From the NCBI RefSeq assembly GCF_006345805.1, contig NC_042999.1, forward strand, positions 114,824,001-114,888,000: a DNA stretch of 64,000 bases, written 5' to 3'. Below the pieces are notes generated by a model, which had not been told where the DNA came from, searched no databases, and saw nothing but the letters and a program-made list of their open reading frames with translations. This DNA is from Octopus sinensis. Its lineage: Eukaryota. How positions within the stretch are numbered: the first letter of the stretch is position 1; each line of letters opens with the position of its first letter. Positions 1 through 13,499 of the stretch are shown here, piece after piece. Both the position numbers and the translations under genes were made by a program.

Positions 1-190
1 AGCCCCTTGTGGGCAGTAAAGAAATAGGTATTTCGTCTGTCTTTATGTTCTGAGTTCAAATTCCGCCGAGGTCGACTTTGCCTTTCATCCTTTCGGGGTC
101 GATGAATTAAGTACCAGTTGCGTACTGGAGTCGATCTAATCGACTGACCCCTCCCCCAAAATTTTGGGCCTTGTGCCTAGAATAGAAAAG
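1..190 (+). mobile_element. tRNA-derived SINE family A (Deu/Nin-like central domain), end of a multimeric copy
   Basis: B-box GAGTTCAAATTCC, core GCCTTTCATCCTTTCGGGGTCGAT..AAGTACC, tail GGGCCTTGTGCCTAG; same sequence recurs many times in the window. Confidence 0.85.
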
Positions 191-296
191 GATATGCAAC
201 CACAGACATGCACATGCAAGCACACACATACGCACACACGCACACACACATATACAACACACACAAACAAACAAACAATACACACATGACACCATT

Positions 297-404
<108 letters not shown>

Positions 405-582
405 TGTAGTGTTATAATAAAAGCAATTTTCCTTTACACTGAAGGGTTCTTCAGTATTTTTTGTAAAATACGTATTCACTGTTCTTTTACAAAAATTGTG
501 TTGACAGTGACTTTGAAGCTTTGGCCTCCTTAGCCTTCATTTGGTGTGTGTGTATGTGTGTGTGTGTGTGTGGGTGTGTGTG

Positions 583-621
<39 letters not shown>

Positions 622-1217
622 ATAATATGTGACAATTATTCGATAGCCATGAAAAATTCCGAGAATCGAACTCATGTGAGCTCGATGGTCTTGCCACTAA
701 GCCATGCGCCTTCACTCTTATATAGATATACATACACACATACACATACACATACACATACACATAACCACACATATGTACACGCACACGCTTCTGTAGC
801 CTCCTAGATTTTATGTTATAATCATTGGAACGGAAACCAAACCAATATAGTATCAAATAACATGCCTCTCTGTCCACACATAACACCATTGTGTCAGGTG
901 TAGACATTCGACATACCAGTTTCCTGGGGGAACGACCAAGTAAAAACTATGCAGGATTCTTCTGTAAACGTTCGAAAAAAAAACATATTAAGAAAAGGAA
1001 GAAACAAGGAGAGAAGGAGGAGGTAGCAGCGATGACGATGAACAACTACAGAAACAATATCAATACTTACGCCAAGTGTTGTCTTGCTAACAAAGACGTC
1101 ACCACGTGGGTTCTCCATTTGCTAGAAATAGTCACCAAATCTTCTTCAATTGGCATACTCTCGTCGCCATCTCTGTAGTCATATATGTGTGTATGTGTGT
1201 GTGTGTACACATACATA

Positions 1218-1603
1218 CAGGGTGCGATGGGTAAATTGTCGCTATTTCATATTTCTAATTTCGCGCATGTGCATTGTTTATTTTCGATTTTGTCGACTAC
1301 ACATTATAGCAGGTTCAGTTGGGCACCGTCTGTAAGAAAAACAGCGCCATGACGCAATTCACTTTGGCAGAAATTTGGAAATGACATGATGTACTGCTTG
1401 GCATTCGTGCCAGAAGCTCCAGTATGAACAGATGGTGAACACATACAACAACCGGTGGTTTGGCGTGTTCCCAAAGTATGTACCGAGAATGATAAAAATC
1501 AAACATCCAGTCAACATCATAGTGTTCGGAGTGATCACTAGTGATGGCAACATGATGCCTCCATTCATCTTCCCACACGGCCTCAGACTCAACACGAAGG
1601 CCT
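1218..1603 (+). mobile_element. Tc1/mariner-superfamily DNA transposon relic (maT/DD37D-like), internally deleted
   Basis: TA followed by a CAGGGTG terminus at 1218; 1432-1603 translates to NNRW..PKYVPRMIKIKHPVNIIVFGVITSDGNMMPPFIFPHGLRLNTKA, a typical DDD-domain segment; in-frame stop in the N-terminal part. Confidence 0.8.
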
Positions 1604-1614
1604 GTATGTATGTG

Positions 1615-1685
<71 letters not shown>

Positions 1686-2879
1686 ATACTTTATATATAT
1701 ATAACGAAAAACAAAACCAGTCAAAAGATGAACGGACTCAGTAGAGTCAACAGGCATCCAACAGCAGAAAGTGAGACTCCTTGTCTTTGCTTAGTCATCT
1801 CTCTTGCAGAAGGAAATTCTGAAATGATACTCACCTGATTACGAATCTAGAGATTTTGCATTTGCTTGTTTCTGCATTACTTGGTTTCGTAGGTAAGAGT
1901 CTTAACAGTATTGTGCCAGCTGTTATCAACTTTAAATTTCAGTGCGGGCATTGCTGACAACCATTGCCTTCAACATCTTTGGATAAGATAATTTGTTAGT
2001 GATAGTCGTGCTCATCTACGAGTTGACAGCCAGCTTGTATGTATAATAGAGGCTACAAATAAATGTATATTGGCGTGGAGAGTAAGAAGTTTGTAAGTTA
2101 CTGAGAAAATCATGGAAGTTGAGAGTGATCTTACTGATAACTGGTTTTCTATCCATAGCGAGATTGTCATTTACTATACGGCTGCCCAGAATACCTGTAA
2201 CCAAAGACGTTATTGTCCACAAATTGAAATATAAACCAAATTTTAAAAAATATAAAATGAACACCAACGATCAAATGGGTGAGTGTGATATATTTGTAGA
2301 GTGACAGTCTGATGACACTAAGGTGGTATGTTTGAAGAACCAGTTACTTCTAGTATTACATTTCGTTCAAATGTAGATATTTAGAAAAGAAACTATTGAA
2401 CACGAGTCAAATAGTTAGCATTTGAGGAGCATTAGATTATTTGAAGAGGGACAACGATGAACAGTCAAGTAAATACTGCTGCTACTGCTACTCCCGCTGC
2501 TATAGATGTTGTTGTTTAACCTAGGTCAAACACATGATCAAATGCATTTTAATAACGACCATTCAGTTTTTTCAAGACGTACAATACTTCACTCATTCTC
2601 CGATATAACCTTCTCCTTTTTAAGATTTTAAGGGTGTCATTTAAAAGATATTTACTTGCTAATTCTACCAGGTTAAGCGACTGAACAGAAACTCTTTTCT
2701 CGTTGATTCGCATCGTTCGAAGGAAAATATTTACGGAGAAAGCATATTGAGCTCAAGTCACATCGTTGACATTTTTGCTCGATACAAAGAGTGTTTGAAG
2801 CGGAATAGCTATTCGTCAAGCAAACAGTCATTACTGTTGCTGCTGTTGTTGCTGTTGGTTGTTGTTGCTGCTGCTGTGG

Positions 2880-2932
<53 letters not shown>

Positions 2933-3837
2933 GGTGGTGGTGGTGGTGGGTGGTGGTGGTGGTGTTTAGCTCCTGGGTCAATCCTGATCGTTCAGTCAAG
3001 AAGTGCGGAGCTTTATTTTTTAATGTAACACCTCATTCAAGTTAACTGCCATTAGACAAATCCGAATTTCAAAAAGTCTGCTGCGATATCTGTCATAGAA
3101 ATTAACGAAATGTAATAATAAGAAAAATTAATGATAAGAAAAAAAAAACACGGTTTCAGAATAGGCACTTCACCACTCTAACACGCTTCTAATCTTGACC
3201 TCTTCAAAATAACCAAGTCTGAGAGAGAAAGAGAGATAGTGAGAGAGATGGAGAAAAGAGACTGACAGACAGAGAGAAAGACAAAAGGGAAGACGGTCCC
3301 GGTACTTGATTTGTACGTTACTTGACATTGAATGGCTGAAAGGTAAAGTCAACCTACGCGGTATTTAAATTCGATGCAACGAGCCGGAGAAAATAAAATG
3401 AGACCTTTCATCTGATACTCAAGAAAGCCCTGCTAGTTCGTAGCCTCTACACCAGGAACATATTACCGTAGCTTCAGCAACATGAAATATATATCGCTAT
3501 TACCTTATAGGATAATATCAACATTCTATATTACTGCTGTGTTAACAGTGTTTCATTTCGCTGCTATAATATGCTATAGAACATACCTGCAAAAATCTTT
3601 TGGCCAATACTGTTTGTTAACGTATCACTAATTTAGCATTCAAACGAGTTATCAAGAAAATGTTTAATATGCAAATTGCTGTATCCAGTTTACTTTAGCC
3701 ACTATTATCATTAGATTTATAAGCAATATTTGCGTGGATAGTTAGTGAAGATACTCAGCTGCTCACGAAATATGCATCCGTTCTTTCTTTTCCTGTCTGC
3801 AGAGGTACTATAATATATATATATATATTATATATAT

Positions 3838-3869
<32 letters not shown>

Positions 3870-4820
3870 GTATATAATAAAAACGGAAACTAATTTCTGT
3901 GTTTCAGTGTCACACTTCGGCCTCCTCTCTCACTGTTCATGGACACTTCTACTATTGCTCATGCTGGGATGTGAGTAACAGTAGGCATAGAGACAGTGAA
4001 AGCGGTGGCGAAGACAGAGAGAAAGAAAAAGAAATGGAGTGAAGGAGAGTCAAAGACATGTGAGGAGAGTTGATGATATTTTTATTAAAAGTAGTAGTGT
4101 TGATGGTGTCAGTGGGAGTAATAATAAGAGTGAGAGAAAGAGCGGGTATGTGAGAGAAAGAGGGACTGAACACTGAACCAACATACTGAATACAATTCTT
4201 TTACACACATTTAGCCTTTTTATAATGGTATTGGAGTGATAGTAATAGTATGAACTGTAGTTGTGATAGAGGCGGAAGGGGCGGCAGCGGCGGCGGTGGC
4301 GGCGGTGGCGGCGGTGGCGGCGGTGGCGGCGGCGGTGGCGGCGGTGGCGGCGGTGGCGGTGGCAGTGGTGGTGGTGGTGGTGGTGGTGGTGGTAGCCGGG
4401 GCAGTCAGGGATGACGGTGAGAATAAGTGATGAGAAAGACAGTGGTGATGGTGGTGGAGGGGAAGGCGGCAAAGTCAAAGGTATTGATGCTGGTGGTGTC
4501 AGAAATCTGAATGGTGTGTGTGTATGGAAGATGTGGTGGCGATGGTGGTGGTACTGTTGTTTACCATGCAGCTTTGCAATAAGTTCCAAGTCAACAAATT
4601 ATTTCATTGTCTTCATGAAAATTGTTCATTGCTTGAAAAATATTGTTCAAGTTTAATAAGATTTAATGTGTAGTGAATGCATGAAGTGTCATTGTTGGGC
4701 CCAAGGCCAAATGAAGGGCCTTCCTATCTAGAGGTTTTTAAGCTAGTATGTATATGTGTGTATATATGTATGTATGTATGTATATATATATTATATATAT
4801 ATATACATATATATATATAT

Positions 4821-4861
<41 letters not shown>

Positions 4862-4868
<7 letters not shown>

Positions 4869-5083
4869 TTAGAGACAAAACCACTATTTTGCAAAACAAA
4901 CAAGGAAAGACTTAATCAATACATAAAATTTTAATAAAAAGTAAAAAAAACCGCCACTACAATTGTTTCATGTCTTCTAATGACAATCTTCAGGTGGATT
5001 TCCGATTTTCAAATCAGTTTCAATTTAATCCTAAATCTGATTTTTTCCCTGTAAATTTGGATTTATTCCCTAATATTTATTAT

Positions 5084-5085
<2 letters not shown>
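4862..5085 (-). mobile_element. Penelope-like pLTR/3'UTR fragment embedded in (TA)n
   Basis: Complex ~220-bp sequence bounded by (TA)n on both sides and containing a minimal hammerhead motif. Confidence 0.6.
4954..4997 (-). ncRNA. Minimal type I hammerhead ribozyme motif
   Basis: Minus strand: ccac CUGAAGA u uguc-auuagaa-gaca u GAAA caauug UA gugg; stem I ccac/gugg, palindromic stem III ACAAUUGU, GUA cleavage triplet. Confidence 0.8.
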
Positions 5086-5131
<46 letters not shown>

Positions 5132-5709
5132 CTTTATCAATCTCCCTTACCTGCCATTCGCCGTCGTCTCCAAAATAACAACATAACTAAAATTCCCAGC
5201 GTTCATTTATGAGACCTGTGAATTATTAGAGATTCGTACAAATAACTGAAAATTAAAACACAACATCTAACAACATCCATCTCTTTATCGCTGATTTCCG
5301 TTGACTAGAGTCAAAGTTATATATCTGGAATGCTGCGAACACGAGATTGTCGCAATTGTCTCTACAAATCTTAACACATTGCAAACCCATGCTTTTCACT
5401 CACACTACGGTACATGTCATTCTAAACACGCACACACACAAATGTATGCACACATGCACAAGTATATTTAATTATCAAATAATTTAGAAGTTTGCTTAAT
5501 GAATTACTGAATACATTTTAAAACGTTCAGCATATAATTATTTATTTTTTTAACTTAGACCTGACAGTGGACCAACTGTTTCATATTTGCACTTATATAT
5601 TCAGAGGTCTAACTCTGATCTCTGAAATGGAGAGTGTAAACATGAAACAGTTGGACTACTCTCAGATCTAAATCTGTACGCGCATGCGTGATTATGTATG
5701 AATGCATGC

Positions 5710-5753
<44 letters not shown>

Positions 5754-5761
5754 ATACATAC

Positions 5762-6065
5762 ATACCCTGTTGTTGATGTTGAAATTCCAATGAAGGAACC
5801 TTGGATCTAGGTTAGAAACCGGTTCTTTCTCTCTTGGCAAAAAAATCTTGAAATAAACTGAATAATGACAAACATACATGCAAATAGCTGCCAAGCGGAT
5901 GTTAACTTAAAGCTAAAGATCGGTGATCAAGAAAATACCTATGCTGAATTATTGAGAAATCTACAGTTACTCTATCCAGATTAAAAGTTCAGGTTTATAC
6001 CTGTAATTATTGGGGCAGTGGGATATGTAACACACTGCCTAAACACCAACCTTGAGAAATTAGAA
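5762..6065 (+). mobile_element. RLE-type non-LTR retrotransposon fragments (3'UTR piece, then endonuclease C-terminus) in (TACA)n
   Basis: 5880-6065 reads ..ENTYAELLRNLQLLYPD*KFRFIPVIIGAVGYVTHCLNTNLEKL; 5762-5878 resembles the 3'UTR that follows the related peptide at 34400-34760. Confidence 0.7.
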
Positions 6066-6067
6066 AT

Positions 6068-6478
6068 TAACATAACCGGCAAAGGCCACTGCAGTAAATT
6101 ATTTTCTGCAGTATCATTTTTTCCCGGTAATTTAGCGCGTCAAAACGAGGACATTTGAATAGTAACCACAAGTGTAATAGGTAGAACTGTTTACAGATGT
6201 GACTTTGTGCGGACGCCATAGTATGCAGTTCTGCAAATTATATTCATTTGGACTGTCACACCGAAGATCTACGGACATCTTACGTAAGTAAAATTACGTA
6301 ATATGGTGATAGTGAAACATGTATGTGAATAATCCATTTTTTTATTGCTTTACTTTTGTCTAGCTCGATTACATTTTGGTTGTTTTGCTAAATTTTTCTT
6401 GAGAACATTTCTAAGTGGTAAGACCATAGCGGATCTATTTCTAGCATAAGGGTATCCACATAGTGGTTTCCCTCTAAT
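6068..6478 (+). mobile_element. Probable Penelope-like pLTR fragment carrying a hammerhead motif
   Basis: Complex sequence ending at (TA)n and containing the HHR motif at 6256-6328; boundaries approximate. Confidence 0.5.
6256..6328 (+). ncRNA. Minimal type I hammerhead motif, U4C core variant
   Basis: ucaca CCGAAGA u cua..(uuacguaa-guaaaa-uuacguaa)..uag u GAAA caug UA uguga; 5-bp stem I, palindromic stem III ACAUGU. Confidence 0.7.
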
Positions 6479-6593
6479 ATATATATAATACAATTTTACT
6501 GAACCTTCAGTTTTTTTATGCTAGACCACGGGTGTGAAATCGATGTTAATTAAATTAATATCTAATTTCTTACCCTCATTTTAAATTTAAATT

Positions 6594-6654
<61 letters not shown>

Positions 6655-6698
6655 TATATATATATATAGGTAAATATATATATGTATATATATATATA

Positions 6699-6745
<47 letters not shown>

Positions 6746-6762
6746 GTATGTATGCATATATT

Positions 6763-7249
6763 TATATCCTCGGGTATTGTCCGCCCTTGAGTATAATACG
6801 CAGGGGATTTTTAGGGGGCTGTACTTCTGAAAAACCTAAACCTTGTGTAAAATACGCACCTCTTCTCTAACTTGAGTCGTGCGTAATTAAGCCAGCAGCA
6901 CCTAGTCTAACAAACACTTCTGCGCATGCGTAATACAATAATGGTGATGTTCTTAACTGTTATATGGGAATGTAAATATGTTTGCCAATTGTTTTTGTTA
7001 CATGTTATTCTGTGTTCTGAATACTTTTATTTTAATAAATGTTGCTTACTGCAAGTTATGGATGATTCTTTTATGACTTCATTGCTCTCAGGCTTAGGTT
7101 AAGGTATTTTCGCGCCCGACATCACAAAATAGAGACTTGGACATTGCTTAGAACATATTTTTCTTTTTTAACCTCGTATATGATACACACTAGGGATTTT
7201 GACCTTTGAATTTCGGGGAAAAAATGCGAATTATACTCGAGGATTTACG
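6763..7249. mobile_element. Tc1/mariner (Tc2/pogo-like) MITE
   Basis: Imperfect TIRs: left ATCCTCGGGTATTGTCCGC, right GCGAATTATACTCGAGGATTTACG followed by TA; sits in a TA-rich context. Confidence 0.6.
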
Positions 7250-7640
7250 TATATATACATACACGCACACATATACGTAAAGATAAGTGCATGTATATTC
7301 ATTCAGCTATTGTACGGCTGTGAACATGCTGGTGCTCCAGATTTAAAGGTTCTGGTCGATTAGTTAGGCTGGTAACTATTTTATCAACCTTGTAAGGGGG
7401 CTAACGGTGAAACCGAACTGGACATAGAGTCGTAACAAGGGCAGAAGGAAATATCTCAAAGTATTTCGTTTCGACGCACTGATTCTTCCCCCCCCATCCC
7501 CACCCACATTACACACATCCGGACTTATTAGTGAAATTCTGGATAATATTAAGTTTTTCACGCTGGTGGTGGCGATGATGATGACGTGTCTTTTTGAGTG
7601 CATGCGTTGATCTAGTTTACAATGTGTACGTGTGTGTGTG

Positions 7641-7675
<35 letters not shown>

Positions 7676-8299
7676 TTGTGTGTGTGTGTGTGTGTGTGTG
7701 AGTATGTGCCTTTGTCATCTCTCTGTATTCATATATGTAACGTACGCATGTATATATCTATGTGTGTGCAAATATGTGTGGGTGTGTGTATGAGTGTGTA
7801 TGCAAATATACATACACACATACGTACATATATATGTATGTGTGTACGTATGTGTGTGTGTGTGTGTGCGTGTGTGTCTGTGCTTGTGTATTTGTGCATG
7901 CGTATGTGACCAGGTCAAAACTGGTGTCAGCATACACAGTAATAATGAATGAATTTGACCAAAAGAAAAATTAATAAATAAATAAATCCGAATGTGTCAT
8001 CAGCAGACACACACAAACACACATATACACACACACAAATACACATATACACACATACAGACACACATACACACACACATAGAGACATACACGCACACGC
8101 ACACACCCACATACATACACATGTGCACACACATACACTCACACACATTTACACCCTCTCACATGCAGAGAAGACAAGATTAGTGACGTAAATCTGGTCA
8201 CGTGTTTTCATTTAGTAACCTATCAGGCCCTAACTGACTCTTCTTAGCTTTGTTCCATCTTCCTTTCGGAGAAAATTAGTTTGCCAAACATTGCAATCG

Positions 8300-8748
8300 C
8301 CCCTCCCTCCCTACCTCCTTCCCTCGCTCACCTCCTCTATGTTTGTTCCTCTTTTTCTCTCATTGTTCTCTCTTCTTGTCCCCCTCTGTTCTTGTCCCTC
8401 TCTCACCTTATCCCTCTTTCTCTCCTTGTCTCCTTTTTCTCTTTCCTTGTCCTCCTCTCTCTCTTTGTCCCATTCTCACTACCACTCTCTCTTTCTCTCT
8501 ATTTGTCCGTTTCTGTTCCCCGCTCTCTCTTTTCTCTTCTCTCCCACTCTCTCTTCCACTCTCTCTTTTCTCTCCTTGTCCCTCTCTCTCGTTCTCTCTT
8601 TCGCTGTCCCTCTTTCTTCTTTTCTCTCTCTTCCCTTGTCCCTCTTTCTCCTAGTCCCCTTCTTTCTCCTACTCTTTCTCTTTCTGTCTCTCTCCATGTC
8701 TATCTTTCTCTATTTGTCCCTTTCTCCCCCCCCTCTCTGCCTCTGTCT
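8300..8748. repeat. Degenerate pyrimidine-rich minisatellite (CCTTGTCCCTCTTTCTC-like units)
   Basis: Repeated CTTGTCC motifs within a CT tract. Confidence 0.75.
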
Positions 8749-10519
8749 CAGGAGATTTGATTAATGATTCTTATAATCAACCTCCTTTTATACATACCTG
8801 ATGGGTTTTCCAAAATTGTCATGCTTAAGAAATATGCAAACTAGACAAATGAGGACGCCGCGTGTTTGAAACGTCATTTTACACATACTCGCGTCTCCCC
8901 GCGCCCTTCCTATAATGTACATTGGTTATGTTAGAGTAATATTTGAAGACCGGCGCATCGTTCCTTTGTGCGTTTACGTCTCCCTTTGTGAGTGTGTGCG
9001 TATGTGCGTGTATGAGCATGTATGCATTTGTGTGTATGCATCTGTGTGTATGAGTATTTGTTTTATGTATGTGTGTTTGTGAAACAAATAGGTCTAAAAT
9101 TGAATGTGTGGGTGTGTGTATATATATTAATATATAGGTGCAAATGTATGTCGGTGTATGTTCATATGTATGCATGTTTATGATTTAATCAAATGCGTGT
9201 ATATATGTGTCCATATGTTTGTATATGTGTGTGTATATACATGTGCATTAATTAAGTGTATATATATATATATACGTGTGTGTGTGACTATGCATGTGTA
9301 TAAATATATACACACACATACGTACATACGTGTGTATGTATATATATATACGCATACGTGCACGTAAAAATGTCTGGATATGTTCGTGTGTGTATGTATG
9401 TGTATCAATTATATGTGTGTGTATAGATAGACAGACAGATAGATAGATGTATGTATGATATATATCCATTATAGTGTGTACCTCAGATCTGTCTCCCCTA
9501 CCTCCTCTCTGTACTGCATTGTAGCCAATTCAATTGCTGTGACCGAACAAATTTCTGTTTAATCCCAGATATTTGACATAGTAGTTAGTTGTCGGTAGCT
9601 TGGTCAAGAGTCTCAGTAAAAGACAGTTAATTTCATTGTGATAAACGTGAGAAGCAAGTGAAATAAACACAATAGACGTATTTGTAGCGTTGGTCAGCAA
9701 CTAACTCGGAGCGTCGAGATAATAAGTGGTCAGAAAATGAACAAAAAGAAGACGAAAAACACAATACAATAAAAGAGGAGATACTTATGAAATATGAACA
9801 ACAAAGCAAATGATGACCATAACTAACAATGCAAAGAATTAAAGAATACGAAAATACAAAAACAAAAAAAAATGTCGAGACGACAACCACATGACTAGCA
9901 GTAACAGTAATAACAACAAAAGTAAAAGCAGTAGTAGTAATAGCAACAACAGCAGTAAGAGATGTAGCAACGCATAGCAATAACTACAACAAGAGAAGAA
10001 AAACCATTTGTCACTATAAAACCTATTTTGGTTTCTTTTTTTTTTCTTTGTTTTTTCTTTATCGGCACACTTTTACCAAAAACCATGGATCAATTTCTCC
10101 CACCACGCGTCCGCCAGCTCTTCTAGTGTCCTGACTTGGCGCCTGGTCACTCCATCAGCTATAAGAGTCGCATGGTGAACTTTTGGCTAAAGTTCTTTGA
10201 TAGCTATACTTTACATTAAAATAACCTCATTGACGGCCGTAGTAGCCAGCTTTATGACATCTAAAATGTCTCTGGCAATTAGTTTTCAATAAATTTTCTT
10301 GTTTTGTGCGGGTAGTGTATTTGGAGAAACAGATAATATGCAGTAGCAGTTACTTAGTTCAGTGCGCAAGTTCTTGGTTCAAATCTCAGCTACGCAAACT
10401 TTGCTGCAAATAACTCGATGAAAAATAAAATATATCAGTGACGATTTGGGCTCAAATAACAATATTAGATTTGATGTATTATACCAAAGTTAGACATCAA
10501 TATACTCAATTGTTTCAAT

Positions 10520-12395
10520 GTTAGCGGCGGACTTAGTCGATTACACTGATCCTAGTACTTGACCCCGGGAGAATGAAAGGCAAACTCGACCTCGGCGGAA
10601 TTTGAACTCTGAATATAAAGAGCCAGAAGAAATGTCAGATGGGCTTACCTCTCGCCTAATGGCTTCAAATTTTGGCACAAGGCCAGCAATTCCAGGAGAG
10701 AGGGTTGAGTCGATTGCATCGATCCCAGAGGCCACTAGGACCTATTTTAAACACCTCGAAAGGATGAAAGGCAAAGTCGACCTCGGTGGCTTTTGAACTC
10801 AGAATGTAAAGATAGATGAAATGCCGCTAAGCATTTTGTTCAGCATACTAAAGGTTCTGCCAACTCGCCATCTTGTCTATCTCCCTCATAACAGTAATAC
10901 TAACTAATCTGTGCGTACAAATATACCATTATTGCTACGTATGGGCTCTCTATCGGTCACCGTGTCGGATTTAATATAATATTGAAATCGAATTTTGGTG
11001 CAAGGCCAGAAATTTCGGGAGAGAGGGTTCAGTTGATTACATCGATTCCTGTGCGCAGTAGATACTTATTTTATCGACGTCGAAAGAATGAAAGGCATAG
11101 TCGACTTCGGTGGAATTTGAAACCAGAATGTAAAGACGGACGAAATGCCACTAAACTTTTTGCCCGGCGTGCTTACGATTCTACCATCTCACCGTCTTTT
11201 GATTAAATATATTAACCAATCGTGTCCTAAAGTTAAAACTGAATTTGAAATTTGGTAGTTTACAAAAGAAGTAGAATAATGAGGAAGAGGAGGAGGATAA
11301 TGATAGATAATTTTTTTTTTTTATTTTCATTATACACAAAGCCTGTCCAGTGTTCAAATCACACCAAGTTAACTTTGCCTTTCGCTCATCGAATAGATCC
11401 TTGTGGTATTTCTTCCGGCTCTTTAAGTTCTGATCTCAAATCCCATAGCGGTCAGCTTTACTTTTCTTCCTTCCCGGGTCGATAAAATAAAGTACCAGAC
11501 AAGTATTGGGATCGGTGATATCGATTAGCCCCTTTCCTTATAACTTACTGGTTCTGATGCCAAGACCAGAAACCATTATGATGGGATGGAGGCAAATTGA
11601 CAGAATTGTTAGGGTACTATGGCTTGGCCTTTTACCTTCTGGGTTCAAATCCCGCCGAAGTCAACTTTGCCTTTATCCTTTTGGAGTCGATAAAAGAAAA
11701 TACAAGTGAAGTGCAGAAGTTAATATATTAGGCGAAACTCCTCCTCTCAAAATTGTCGTATAAGTCAGAAACCACTAATCTTATTATGAGAGGAATAGAG
11801 AGACAGGATCTTTAAAGGATCGGATATGAAGCCTTGCAATAATTAGTTATATCCCTTTGCGTTCTAAGTTCAAATCCCGCCCAGGTCAACGTAGCATTTC
11901 AACCCTCCTTGGTCAATAAAATAAAGTATCAGCCAAATATCTGGGTTGTTTTAATCGAATATTCCTTTCCACCAAATTCGTGATCCTGAGTTTATGTTAG
12001 AAATCAATATTATTACGAGGGCAAGCAGGTGGCGAGTTGGGACAAGCGTGAGAGTGCCGGACAAAATGTTAAGAGGCATTTTTTTTTTCGACTTTACGTT
12101 CTGAATTCAAATTCTACCAAGGACGACATTGCCTTTCCTCCTGTCTGGATTGATGAAATTCATCAACCTCAGATAGGGGGTCGATGAAATTGAACACCTC
12201 CTTCCTCTATACTTTTTAAATTTGTGCTTATAGTAGAAAGAATTATTAGGGGAGTAGTGGGAAACTCGATTACATCAACCCCAGTGCTCAACTGAAAGGA
12301 TGAAGGGCAAAATCGACCCCAACGACACTTGAACGTAGAACGTAAAGGCAGACGAAATGCCGCTAAGCGTTTTGCCAGCTCGTCGCCTTCGCCTT
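10520..12395. mobile_element. Dense cluster of ~8-9 diverged SINE family A copies in both orientations
   Basis: Repeated GAAAGGCAAAGTCGACCTCGG/GAACTCAGAA (minus copies 10520-11195, 12250-12395) and AACTTTGCCTTT/GTCGATAAAATAAAGTACC (plus copies 11350-12245). Confidence 0.8.
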
Positions 12396-13322
12396 AATAA
12401 TATTGTTCAGCTTCGAGGCATCAGTAGCAAAAACGAACATAAAAGACAAAATAAAACAAATACCAAGGAAGACGAAGTCTCTCAACCGAACGGTAAAAAG
12501 CGACGAGTAGTGAGGAAAACGGGGAAAATATATAAAACGGGGAAAGCTAAGATAGTGACGAAAAGAAAATTAAATGACACAGATGTTTGAATACATTGAA
12601 TGTGTTTCAGCTGTATGACAAGAGTTAAGAGAAGATTACGAAAGTAACGCAAATAGGAAAGAATGTAGTCTTTTCGCACTTTGAAAAATAGATGTGTGTG
12701 TGTGTGTGTGTTATATGTAAGTGTCAGAAATTTAGTATTGGGCACATCTTTGAAGGAGGTCATAGAGTAGGTTGCTTTTTGGGAACTTTTTAGCTCTAGA
12801 CATTGTGTCCCTCACAAGAACGGCAATACTCACAATAAAAAAAAGTTACCAATTTTTCAGTGATTCATAGGTAGAATTAGTGTGGTACAATATCACATGC
12901 CTGTACCTCCAAAGTAAATAAGTAAATTAGTACAATATATTTTAGCAAAAATAAAAATAAGAGTAAATATTATTTGGACTTGCATTTGAGCGGTGGGGGT
13001 AGCATTTTATGTAGTTTAAATTGGATCATTTTCTAGTTGGCCTGGATGTAATAATTCTGACCGAATCAGCATTCACCAAGTGGAGGATATTACCATTTTT
13101 TAAAAAGCAATTTATTCAAAACATAGTGAATTGATATAATTATATTTATTTATCTATTTATTTGGAGTGTTAATATACACGGGAAAAGTCGAATGTTGCT
13201 GCTAGTTTATCATGTATGTTATGTACATCTGTATGCGTGGGTGCGTTTGTGCGCACACACACACACACACACACATATATATGTATATATATATATATAT
13301 ATGTATATATAATATATATATA

Positions 13323-13363
<41 letters not shown>

Positions 13364-13499
13364 TATATTTATTTATTTATATATATATATAAGAATGAAA
13401 GTTAGAGTTGACCACGATGAACTCAGAATATTAAGAATCAGAAAAATTCTGCTAACTAGTTTGTCGGGGGTGACAACGTTTAGCGAAAGCTGTAAATAT

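Noticed and set aside
416-458. Minus-strand CTGAAGA..GAAA near (GATA)n
   Set aside because: Stem II and III pairing is poor; better explained as a small ACTGAAG/CTTCAGT hairpin
5781-5829. HHR-like CCAATGA..AGGTT A GAAA CCGG TT
   Set aside because: Core lacks U4 and G5, stem I is poor, and the segment resembles the LINE 3'UTR at 34670-34720 where the motif is absent
8845-8880. CAAATGA..GAAACGTC hammerhead-like pattern
   Set aside because: No stem I and two core mismatches; probably chance
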